A stretch of 64,000 nucleotides of DNA from contig MHPK01000002.1 of NCBI GenBank assembly GCA_001822075.1, forward strand, positions 11,872 to 75,871, given 5' to 3'. Origin of the DNA: Candidatus Staskawiczbacteria bacterium RIFOXYB1_FULL_38_37 (GTDB taxonomy: Bacteria; Patescibacteriota; Minisyncoccia; Minisyncoccales; Staskawiczbacteraceae). Each line of letters opens with the position of its first letter. Within the stretch, counting starts at the first letter, position 1. Positions 1-7,800 of the stretch are shown here, in pieces. A model generated the notes under the pieces. The model was given only the letters and a program-made list of their open reading frames with translations. It ran no database searches and was not told the origin of the DNA. The translations under genes were made by a program, and so were the position numbers.

Positions 1-115
1 TGGCGGACGAAACGCCCAAGTTGTCGTTACGGTTGTCATCCCAGTTGTTGTTGACGTTGAGACCATTGGAGTCGAAGTTACCGACGTTGACGTGGTTGCC
101 GTCCGAGTTAACGTT
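1..115 (-). repeat. DGR template repeat (TR), possibly truncated by the window edge
   Basis: In the VR reading frame (minus strand) it reads VNSDGNHVNVGNFDSNGLNVNNNWDDNRNDNLGVSSA, with 11 AAC and 1 AAT codons. It lies in no listed minus-strand ORF. Homology to the VR ends near 113-115. Confidence 0.8.
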
Positions 116-389
116 ATTTGCTTATCCTCATCTGAGTCACTGGAAATTGAGGTTTACTACTCGTAAGAGTTTATATCCTCTCTTTCCTGTATTTTATTTG
201 GGAGCAGACAATTTCTGTTGCCATCTCCGCCAAGGATAAACAAGAAGCTCTATCTCTATCTTTTTCACACGCTACCGTTATCCGTGAACAACGATATTCT
301 GGTGAAGCCTCAAAGATGAGACGTCTGCGAGGCGAAGCCGTAACCGCACCTGCATTAGCAGACAGTTATATTTTATAGGAAAATTGAGG

Positions 390-431
390 AAAATAAAAGA
401 GCCCCCAGCGAAAAAATATCGCGGAAGGCTC
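390..431 (-). terminator. Candidate intrinsic terminator of the DGR target gene
   Basis: On the minus strand GAGCC(431-427)..GCGA(422-419)-loop-TCGC(411-408)..GGCTC(403-399) is followed by TTTTATTTT (398-390). The stem is imperfect, with an internal loop. Confidence 0.4.
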
Positions 432-467
432 AAGGGCTCAAGAGTGTCAAGTTCTCAAGTCTTCAAG
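429..467. repeat. Five direct copies of (C/G/T)TCAAG with 8-9 bp periodicity, immediately 3' of the target-gene stop codon
   Basis: ctcaag 429-434, ctcaag 437-442, gtcaag 446-451, ctcaag 454-459, ttcaag 462-467. Confidence 0.6.
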
Positions 468-469
468 GT

Positions 470-1228
470 TCAGTTGAACTTCCTGGCGGACGAAACGCCC
501 AAGTAGCCGTCACGGCGGCCAACCCAGAGGTAGCTGACGAAGAGACCAGCGGAGGCGAAGTAACCGACGCAGACGTGGTAGCCGTCCGAGTCAACGCTCG
601 ATGTACGAACGTAGACTTTTTCGAACAGCCGTTCGCACGTTGCCAGGAAATGGCCGATGATGGTGTAGACCATCACTTGAGCCGTGGGCACTTCGTCGTC
701 CTTGCTGATGAGTGCTTGCTGTTCGGGCCAGTCCTTGGAGAGCGAGTTGTCAACCGGGGTCTTGCGGACCAACTGCCAGGTGACTTCACCGTGCTCCTTA
801 GCGAAGGACTCTTTGTCATACCAGTCCTGCTTGTAAAACGGCTTGGAGTCCTTGCCCCGGATCTCGAGAATCGAGAGCGGGAACACAGCCACGAGGACGT
901 GCGTGTCTTTGGACTGCTCGAGCACTGCCTCGGAGAACGGAATCTCCGAAAGAGCGGCGAACTGTCGGCGGGACGGGTTGACGCCGAAGTGTTTGATGGC
1001 TTCCTCGATACCGAAGAAGTTCTTGCCCATGATTTCGCGGGCGCGTTTCTGGCTGACCGTCGCTTCAATGCCTCCATTTTGCGCGTAGGCCGCAAGGCGC
1101 TCCGCGAATACGGGTTCGGCGTTGATGCGATCCACGGCAACCTCGGCTTGATCGCCGAGTGCTACCATGAAGTGCTGGAACGCACTGTGTGTCTTACCGG
1201 TTTGAATTTCTGTCCATTTCATGATCAT
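470..1228 (-). CDS. DGR target (variable) protein. The C-terminal approx 40 aa are diversified; the N-terminal domain has unknown function and no obvious signal peptide
   Basis: 252-aa ORF with VR at its 3' end. The Gly/aromatic-rich VR with an invariant Trp is typical of C-type-lectin-fold DGR targets. A GAAAGGG Shine-Dalgarno-like box sits directly before the ATG at 1228, so the ATG at 1222 (MKWTE...) may be the real start. Confidence 0.75.
   Translation of the reverse strand: MIMKWTEIQTGKTHSAFQHFMVALGDQAEVAVDRINAEPVFAERLAAYAQNGGIEATVSQKRAREIMGKNFFGIEEAIKHFGVNPSRRQFAALSEIPFSEAVLEQSKDTHVLVAVFPLSILEIRGKDSKPFYKQDWYDKESFAKEHGEVTWQLVRKTPVDNSLSKDWPEQQALISKDDEVPTAQVMVYTIIGHFLATCERLFEKVYVRTSSVDSDGYHVCVGYFASAGLFVSYLWVGRRDGYLGVSSARKFN
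484..598 (-). repeat. DGR variable repeat (VR)
   Basis: Encodes VDSDGYHVCVGYFASAGLFVSYLWVGRRDGYLGVSSA at the C-terminus of ORF 470-1228. 21 of the 31 TR adenines in the aligned span are substituted and no other base differs. The GC-rich 484-504 is identical to TR 1-21, an IMH-like invariant end. Confidence 0.8.
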
Positions 1229-1480
1229 ACCCTTTCACTGTTGGCTCTTTGAAGTTATCTCGGAGCGACCTGTGTTCGGACTTACGATTCCGAATATACG
1301 TCTGTCTCACATGAGACGAGCGGTTTACCTCGTTTTTAGCGGGACAAAACGCTGGCCTCATGTTTCTGAACCATAATTTCAAGGTACTAGCTTATAAAGA
1401 TATTATATCACCTTACAATCTATATGTCAAGTATTTTATCAGTTTTAAATTATCTGTTAAAATAAAATATAAAAATCATT

Positions 1481-3010
1481 ATGACGAGCTCTAAAATACT
1501 TTTTTATCTCAGTGTTTCGTTTATTATAGGAATATTCATAAGTTCAATAGTAAAAATTCCCCTGATTTTTTTGTGGGGTTTTTTGTTTTTGGGATTTTCT
1601 GTGATTATCGCCTCTTTATTTTTTAAAAAAGATTATTTGGTAATAATCGGTTTTTGTTTTCTCTTTTTATTATTAGGAGCTGTCCGTTTGCAGATTTCTG
1701 AATTTAATATCGCCAATGACAAATTAAGCAAATTTAATGATAAAGGACAAATAACTTTAACCGGCAAAATTTTTAGAGAGCCAGATATCAGAAATAATTC
1801 TCAGAAATTAAAAGTAAGGGTTAGTAACGTAACAAGTAACGTTACCCCTAACGTTACCGAGGGCATAGTTTTGGTGACCACAAGCAGATATCCTGAATAT
1901 AAGTATTTAGATAAGGTAAAAATTACAGGAAACTTGCAAGCGCCGGCTGAATACGAGGATTTTAATTATAAAAATTATTTGATGAAAGACGGCATTTATT
2001 CTGTGATGAATTTTCCAAAAGTTGAATTATTAAAAAAAGAAAAAAACGAAGGCCCGTCCTTCGTAATTTACTCGGGGATTTTGTTTTTAAAACAAAAATT
2101 AAGAGAAAGCATAAGAAATAATTTTTCTCCGCCCCAAAGCTCTATTTTAGAGGGGACAATTTTAGGCGATAACGGAGCGATGAGCCAAGATTTGAAAGAT
2201 AAACTGAATATTACAGGATTAAGGCATATTATAGCAGTTTCCGGCACCCATGTTGTCATTTTAAGCTCAATTATAATGTATTTATTGATAGTTTTGGGAT
2301 TTAGGCGGGGACAGGCGTTTTATATTGCTATTATTTTTGTTTGTTTTTATATTATTTTAACCGGCTTGCCGGCTTCCGGAGTGAGGGCAGGAATTATGGG
2401 AGGGCTCTATCTTTTAGCCCAAAAGATTGGCCGGCAAAGCATGGGCTCCCGCGTTATAGCTTCGGCTTGCGCTGTTATGCTTTTGATAAATCCTCTGCTT
2501 TTATTTTATGATATTGGCTTCCAGCTTTCTTTTTTGGCTGTTTTGGGAATAATTTATTTAGAGCCTATTTTGCGGAAATTCTTAAAGTTTTTATTTAAAA
2601 AAGTTTTTAGCAATGAATTAGAGCCAAAATATGAAAATTGGATTAGTTTGTTTTCTGTTACATTTTCAGCCCAGCTCTTTACTTTTCCTGTAATAATTTT
2701 TAATTTTGGAACTGTGTCTTTGGCATCTCCAATAACAAACATTTTAATTCTTCCAGTTGTGCCGTATTTAATGTTTTTTGGATTTTTTACATCCTTAATG
2801 GGAATTTTTTCAAATGTTTTAGGCTGGCTTTTGTCTGTTGTTTGTTTTGCGTTGCTGAGTTATTTTATGTGGGTGGTTGATTTGTTTTCAAAGCCGTGGA
2901 TGTATAAAACTATTGAAAACGTTTCATGGATTTGGCTTGTTGTTTCTTATTTTATAATCGCGCTTTTAACCAGATTTTTGAATAAAAAATATATCCAGAA
3001 ATTTGTATAA
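1481..3010 (+). CDS. comEC: ComEC/Rec2-family DNA internalisation channel (competence domain only, no metallo-beta-lactamase domain)
   Basis: 509 aa, polytopic membrane protein. Carries the competence-domain motif ITGLRHIIAVSGTHVVILSS. Confidence 0.8.
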   Translation: MTSSKILFYLSVSFIIGIFISSIVKIPLIFLWGFLFLGFSVIIASLFFKKDYLVIIGFCFLFLLLGAVRLQISEFNIANDKLSKFNDKGQITLTGKIFREPDIRNNSQKLKVRVSNVTSNVTPNVTEGIVLVTTSRYPEYKYLDKVKITGNLQAPAEYEDFNYKNYLMKDGIYSVMNFPKVELLKKEKNEGPSFVIYSGILFLKQKLRESIRNNFSPPQSSILEGTILGDNGAMSQDLKDKLNITGLRHIIAVSGTHVVILSSIIMYLLIVLGFRRGQAFYIAIIFVCFYIILTGLPASGVRAGIMGGLYLLAQKIGRQSMGSRVIASACAVMLLINPLLLFYDIGFQLSFLAVLGIIYLEPILRKFLKFLFKKVFSNELEPKYENWISLFSVTFSAQLFTFPVIIFNFGTVSLASPITNILILPVVPYLMFFGFFTSLMGIFSNVLGWLLSVVCFALLSYFMWVVDLFSKPWMYKTIENVSWIWLVVSYFIIALLTRFLNKKYIQKFV

Positions 3011-3043
3011 AAAAAGTCCCCAAACCGAAAGGTTAATGGGGAC
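3009..3043 (-). terminator. Intrinsic terminator for gene 3059-3499; the hairpin is shared with the convergent comEC
   Basis: gtcccca (3016-3022) pairs with tggggac (3037-3043), with an inner aacc/ggtt stem. On the minus strand the hairpin is followed by a T7 run (plus-strand A-run 3009-3015). Confidence 0.6.
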
Positions 3044-3058
3044 AGGCGAGCGGCTGTT

Positions 3059-3499
3059 TCAGCCTTGTTTTATTCTTTCTAGCGCTATTTCGGTGCGATT
3101 TTGGTTGTTAAAGCGAAAGTAAAAAACCAGAATCTCCTTGTCTCTTGAAATTTCCCTTATTGTCTGGACAATTTTGGGGAGGTCTTCTTTTTCTGTATGC
3201 TTGTCAGGATTTTTTCCGTACCACGCGCAGTCTTCGTGGCCGACTGCTACAACTGTTTGAAGAGACGGAAAATGGCTTAGCGCAAGAATGATTTCATCTC
3301 TGCGGGCAGTGAAGTCTCTGGGTTTTTCTTCATGGGCTAAGGGGGCCGGGCCTCCGGGAACCCTTATTCTCAAGACCTTGCTTTCTTCTGCCTCAAGCAT
3401 TGTGGGCAGCCAGTTAAAAGCAAGTTTGAAGCGCGGGTCAAAACAATCAATAATCAAAACTTCCGGATTGGCTTTTCCTGCGGGCCACGTGATACCCAT
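3059..3499 (-). CDS. Hypothetical protein with beta-carbonic-anhydrase-like CxDxR / HxxC motifs
   Basis: 146 aa. IIDCFDPRF and VGHEDCAWYG resemble the zinc-ligand motifs of the beta-CA fold, but the protein is shorter than canonical enzymes. Confidence 0.35.
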   Translation of the reverse strand: MGITWPAGKANPEVLIIDCFDPRFKLAFNWLPTMLEAEESKVLRIRVPGGPAPLAHEEKPRDFTARRDEIILALSHFPSLQTVVAVGHEDCAWYGKNPDKHTEKEDLPKIVQTIREISRDKEILVFYFRFNNQNRTEIALERIKQG

Positions 3500-3620
3500 G
3501 GGGTTTCTCCTTGTAAAGGTTCTAGCTGGTGTTCACAAAATAACACAAGAATATCATTGCATAATTTTAAAATTTTTTCAAGGTTTTAATAAATTATATT
3601 TTGATATATAATTAGAAAAT

Positions 3621-4934
3621 ATGGAGAATAATCCTAAACAAAGAGCCGAAGGCCCTGAGCAAAATCGAAGGGCGTGGGTGGTTGCAGTTGACATGGGATA
3701 TGGCCACCAGAGAACAGCATATCCTTTAGAAGATATTGCTTTTGCCAATAAAATTATCAATGCTAACAGCTATGAGGGCATTCCTAAAAAAGACAGAAGC
3801 TTTTGGCAGTCAACGCGCTATTTGTATGAATTTATTTCAAGATTCAAAAGAGTTCCTGTTTTAGGAGACTCGCTCTTTTATTTTTTAGACAGATTCCAGA
3901 AAATTCTTACCTACTACCCAAAAAGAGATTTATCAAGGCCCAATGTTACTTTAAAAAATATACATTATTTTATAAGAGGAGGATGGGGCAGAGACTTGAT
4001 AAAAAGACTGGAAAAAAACCCTATGCCCATAATTACAACCTTTTTTACCCCAGCTTTTATGGCTGAAAAATTGAATTATCCAAATGAAATTTATTGCGTG
4101 GTGTGCGACGCCGATATTAACAGGACATGGGCTGATATTGAGCCTAAAAAAAGCAAAATAAAATATTTTGCGCCATGCACTTGGGTAAGAGACAGGCTCA
4201 AGCTTTATAACGTAAGGCCAGAGAATATATTTTTAACAGGATATCCTTTGCCAAAAGAAAACATTGGCGGGTTGGATAAAGAGATTTTAAAACATGATTT
4301 GAAGCACCGGCTTTTAAACCTTGACCCGAATAAGCGCTACAGAAAAATTTATGCCCCTTTGATAAAGGGAGCTTTGGGCCAGCTGCCTGAAAAATCAGAC
4401 CATCCTTTGACAATAATGTTTTCTATAGGAGGGGCCGGCGCTCAAAAAGAAATATGCATGAAAGCTGTAAACAGCCTGAAAAAAGAAATAAAAAACCAAA
4501 AGATAAGATTTATTATTTCTTTGGGGGTGAGGCCTGAACTTAAAAAGTATTTTATAGAAAAAGTTAAAGATTTAAAGCTTGACGGCTGGCTCCATGTTTT
4601 GAGCGGGAGAACAATAGATGATTACTTTGAAAAATTCAATGAAATGCTAAGAGAAACAGATGTTTTGTGGACAAAGCCCTCTGAATTGTCTTTTTACGCG
4701 GGCCTGGGCGTACCCATTATAATAGCTCCCACAATAGGCTCTCAAGAAGATTTCAATAAAAGATGGCTTTTGCATATTGGGGCTGCCATGTCTCAGGAAA
4801 ATCCAAAGTATGCTGACCAGTGGTTTTTTGATTTATTAAACGGCGGAGATTTTGCTGAAATGGCAATGCAGGGCTTTATGGAAATAGAAAAAATGGGAAC
4901 ATACAATATAGAAAGAATTATTGGAAACCAATAA
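3621..4934 (+). CDS. GT-B glycosyltransferase, GT28 / MGDG-synthase (UgtP/MurG)-like
   Basis: 437 aa. The N-terminal DMGYGHQR (GxGH) and C-terminal WTKPSELSFYAGLGVPIIIAPTIGSQEDFN resemble diacylglycerol glycosyltransferase motifs. Confidence 0.5.
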   Translation: MENNPKQRAEGPEQNRRAWVVAVDMGYGHQRTAYPLEDIAFANKIINANSYEGIPKKDRSFWQSTRYLYEFISRFKRVPVLGDSLFYFLDRFQKILTYYPKRDLSRPNVTLKNIHYFIRGGWGRDLIKRLEKNPMPIITTFFTPAFMAEKLNYPNEIYCVVCDADINRTWADIEPKKSKIKYFAPCTWVRDRLKLYNVRPENIFLTGYPLPKENIGGLDKEILKHDLKHRLLNLDPNKRYRKIYAPLIKGALGQLPEKSDHPLTIMFSIGGAGAQKEICMKAVNSLKKEIKNQKIRFIISLGVRPELKKYFIEKVKDLKLDGWLHVLSGRTIDDYFEKFNEMLRETDVLWTKPSELSFYAGLGVPIIIAPTIGSQEDFNKRWLLHIGAAMSQENPKYADQWFFDLLNGGDFAEMAMQGFMEIEKMGTYNIERIIGNQ

Positions 4935-4952
4935 TTCTTTCTATGAATTTTA

Positions 4953-5969
4953 ATGAATATAATTTTTAAAATACTCATTATACTTGCTGTGATAGCCCTT
5001 GGGGCGGGTGTTTTTGTTTTTTGTTTTTTCTTTGTGGGCAAAACAAAAGAAGCTGAAAACATAACATGGGGCGTTGATTTTTCTCAAATGCAGGCCGAAG
5101 CTTTAAAACTGAACTGGCGAAACTCTTATTTGGCCATACTTGAAGATTTGGGAGTTAAAAATATAAAAATACACACTCAATGGGACTGGGTGGAGGGAAA
5201 AAAAGACGTTTATTATTTTAAAAATACAGACTGGCAAATTGACCAGGCAGAAAGCCATGGGGCAAAAATAATTTTTGTTTTAGGACTCAAAAGCGGCAGA
5301 TGGCCTGAATGCCATATGCCAAGCTGGATTTCTTCAATGCCCGAAGAGCAGCAAAAATTGGAAGTGCTTGAGTATGTAAAAGAAGTTGTTTTAAGGTACA
5401 AAGACAGCGACACTATTGAATACTGGCAGGTGGAAAACGAACCGCTTTTTAAGTTCGGAAAATGCCCCGAGTGGTACTATGATAACGAAGATTTTTTAAG
5501 ACAAGAAGTGGCTTTGGTAAAATCATTGGACCCTTCAAGGCAGATTATTATTTCAGATTCAGGAGAGCAGTCAAACTGGTTTAGAACAGCTAATATAGCA
5601 GATGTTGTTGGCATTACAATGTACAGGGTGGTCTGGGCGCACGTGACTAATAATTTTGGATTTAATTTTGATTCATTTTTGTCTCCCATAACTTATTGGA
5701 GAAAAGCCCAGCTCATCAAAAATATATTTGGCAAAAAAGTAATATGCATTGAACTGCAGGCAGAGCCATGGACATCAGAGCCATTCTATAATGTTCCTTT
5801 GTCAGAACAGGAAAAAACAATGGACTTGACATCATTCAAAAAAAATATACAATATGCAAAAGAAACAGGCTTGGACACATTCTATTTCTGGGGAGTTGAA
5901 TGGTGGTATTGGCTAAAAACTACGCAAAACCAGCCCGAAATATGGAACGAGGCCCGAAACCTGTTTTAA
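4953..5969 (+). CDS. Membrane-anchored glycoside hydrolase, clan GH-A (beta/alpha)8-like
   Basis: 338 aa. N-terminal TM helix ILIILAVIALGAGVFVFCFFFV, and YWQVENEP containing the NEP acid/base motif. Confidence 0.5.
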   Translation: MNIIFKILIILAVIALGAGVFVFCFFFVGKTKEAENITWGVDFSQMQAEALKLNWRNSYLAILEDLGVKNIKIHTQWDWVEGKKDVYYFKNTDWQIDQAESHGAKIIFVLGLKSGRWPECHMPSWISSMPEEQQKLEVLEYVKEVVLRYKDSDTIEYWQVENEPLFKFGKCPEWYYDNEDFLRQEVALVKSLDPSRQIIISDSGEQSNWFRTANIADVVGITMYRVVWAHVTNNFGFNFDSFLSPITYWRKAQLIKNIFGKKVICIELQAEPWTSEPFYNVPLSEQEKTMDLTSFKKNIQYAKETGLDTFYFWGVEWWYWLKTTQNQPEIWNEARNLF

Positions 5970-5984
5970 TTATTAGTAAAAAAA

Positions 5985-7055
5985 ATGAAAAATATGTTCA
6001 ATCTAGAAACGGGTCCGAGAGAGCCCGAAGAAGAAATTCCGCAACAAACAGAAAATAAAGACGGGCTTATTAGAGAGTCATTGGGTAAAAGAGTCCAGGG
6101 CGTGATGAATGAATCAAGATTACCAAATGAAGAATACGAAAGCACTGTTGGAGTTTACGGCGGGAAAATGAATTTTGACCAAGAGGGCAGAATGGTTTGG
6201 GATAGAAGGGGCATTATTTCAAAAGTTGATAAAGCGGGGGATGCGATACTCAGAACCTATGATGAACATTTGGTAAAAGAGCCAGGTAAATTATTGAGAA
6301 AACATCCAAGAATTGCCGCTAAAAAGTTTTTCGCTCCCGGCACAAAAAGATATAGAGGAAGCAATGAAGAAGTAGCAGAAAACATTGAAAGGCTCGGCCT
6401 TTCAGAATATTATGGTCCTCATGAAAATGGGATAGAAATAAAAAAGCCGGAAGTTTATAAACAGGGTTTGGCTCTTCAAGATATTTATAGATCTGATTTG
6501 ATTGAATCCGATAAATTAAAAGAAACTGACAGATTTCAGGCCTTAGTTGAAGCATCAAAATATATAAGAGGAGTACATGACGAACATGGGGGCATTGGAG
6601 AAATATTAGTTTCAGATATTATTTTTCAAGAAGATAAAGACGGAAAATTGGAAAAGCCGGTTTTGAATTTACCAGATATTGTTTTTAACAAAGAAAAAAT
6701 TACAAGCGAGAAAGATAAAAAAACAACAGATATTTTAGATTTTTTGTCGAGCGTTTTAGTAGAGGAATATAGAAGGTCTCAAAAATTAGAAGATGTTGAT
6801 AGGGCTTTAGACACAGTCGTTGAAAATTATGGAGATAAAGATATAATTTCATTGGTAGAATCTTTTGTAAAAAGAGGAAGACTAACATTGCAGGGCGATA
6901 CAGAGTTTTTACATTTGCCGAACACACTAACTAAAAAAGCAAGAGGTATCTTTTCTCAACATAATAAAGCGCGATTGGGATCTAAAAAAGATTTTGAGGG
7001 CACGATGAAAAAAAAGATAATAGATGCCTGTGAAAGGTTTCTTTCAAAAGAATAA
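5985..7055 (+). CDS. Hypothetical protein
   Basis: 356-aa ORF in an operon-like arrangement, rich in charged residues. No motif recognised. Confidence 0.5.
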   Translation: MKNMFNLETGPREPEEEIPQQTENKDGLIRESLGKRVQGVMNESRLPNEEYESTVGVYGGKMNFDQEGRMVWDRRGIISKVDKAGDAILRTYDEHLVKEPGKLLRKHPRIAAKKFFAPGTKRYRGSNEEVAENIERLGLSEYYGPHENGIEIKKPEVYKQGLALQDIYRSDLIESDKLKETDRFQALVEASKYIRGVHDEHGGIGEILVSDIIFQEDKDGKLEKPVLNLPDIVFNKEKITSEKDKKTTDILDFLSSVLVEEYRRSQKLEDVDRALDTVVENYGDKDIISLVESFVKRGRLTLQGDTEFLHLPNTLTKKARGIFSQHNKARLGSKKDFEGTMKKKIIDACERFLSKE

Positions 7056-7058
7056 AAT

Positions 7059-7787
7059 ATGTTGAGTATAATAATTCCGTGTTTAAATGAAGAAGAATAT
7101 CTGCCGTTGCTTTTAGAGTCTGTAAAAAAACAGAAGTTTTTGGATTATGAAATAATTTTAGCTGATGCCGGTTCAAAAGACAAAACTTTGCAAATAGCTA
7201 AAAAATATAATTGTAAAATTGTGCCAGGAGGATTGCCGTCTAAGGGCAGAAACCAAGGAGCTAAAAAAGCTAAAGGAGACTTGCTTCTTTTTTTGGATGC
7301 CGACGTTATTTTACCGGATGGTTTTTTTAAAGATGCTATAGCTGAGTTTAAAAAACGCGACCTTGAACTTGCCAGTTTTTGCCTTGTGCCTCTGCCTGAA
7401 AATAAAGTATCCTCTTTTTTTATGAATATATTTTACAACCAGCCCATTATTTTGTTGGAAAACGCTTTACCGCACGCCGCCACAGGCATTTTAATAAAGA
7501 AAGATCTTTTTGAAAAAATCGGAGGATTTGATGAAGATGTAAAACTGGCAGAAGACCATTATTTAGCCAGGAGGGCGCAAAAAGTGTTTGGAGCTAAATT
7601 GGGAATTATAAAATCTACAGAAATTTTTGTTTCCGACAGAAGATTTAGGACAGACGGCTGGATTACAATAGGCTTAAAATATATGCTATGCGAACTGCAC
7701 TTAATCTTTTTAGGGCCTGTAAAATCTGATATATTCAAATACAGGTTTAACCATTACAAAGAAGAAAAAAATATAAAAAATAAGTAA
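7059..7787 (+). CDS. Glycosyltransferase family 2
   Basis: LSIIIPCLNEEEYL N-terminus and a DADVIL (DxD) motif. Confidence 0.8.
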   Translation: MLSIIIPCLNEEEYLPLLLESVKKQKFLDYEIILADAGSKDKTLQIAKKYNCKIVPGGLPSKGRNQGAKKAKGDLLLFLDADVILPDGFFKDAIAEFKKRDLELASFCLVPLPENKVSSFFMNIFYNQPIILLENALPHAATGILIKKDLFEKIGGFDEDVKLAEDHYLARRAQKVFGAKLGIIKSTEIFVSDRRFRTDGWITIGLKYMLCELHLIFLGPVKSDIFKYRFNHYKEEKNIKNK

Positions 7788-7800
7788 AATTAATTTTGTT

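Larger units (their letters stand above)
1..1228 (-). mobile_element. Diversity-generating retroelement (DGR), partial cassette: target gene with 3' VR, 368-bp spacer, TR. The reverse transcriptase is expected just beyond the left window edge
   Basis: 1-113 aligns gap-free to 484-596 (offset 483). I counted 21 mismatches, all at T(+)/A(-) of the 1-113 copy. The VR lies at the 3' end of minus-strand ORF 470-1228. Confidence 0.8.

Noticed and set aside
21-239. 72-aa plus-strand ORF overlapping the TR
   Set aside because: It is antisense to the DGR template repeat, has no RBS, and has an odd Leu/Ser/Pro-rich composition. It is best explained as a chance ORF in GC-rich DNA. It is also the wrong strand and the wrong size for Avd.
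468-481. Near-palindrome GTTCAGTTGAAC at the target stop codon as a DGR cruciform
   Set aside because: Only 5 bp per arm with a 2-nt centre, which is too weak to call. Recorded only as context for the TCAAG repeat finding.
575-1252. Overlapping ORFs 575-1252(+), 673-1140(-) and 843-1088(+) inside the DGR target gene
   Set aside because: They are shadow ORFs produced by high GC content. Only the 470-1228 minus frame places the VR in a sensible AAC-codon register and ends right after the invariant repeat end.
1194-1382. 62-aa minus-strand ORF upstream of the target gene
   Set aside because: It overlaps the target gene start in another frame and covers its likely promoter region. It has no RBS or recognisable motif.
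1823-1858. Three N-V-T sequons in ComEC as N-glycosylation sites
   Set aside because: No PglB-type oligosaccharyltransferase is in the window, and the sequons lack the acidic -2 residue. More likely this is a simple tandem-repeat insert.
3288-3760. ORFs 3288-3611(+) and 3578-3760(-)
   Set aside because: They are antisense to, or overlap, better-supported genes (3059-3499 minus, 3621-4934 plus) and span their shared promoter region.
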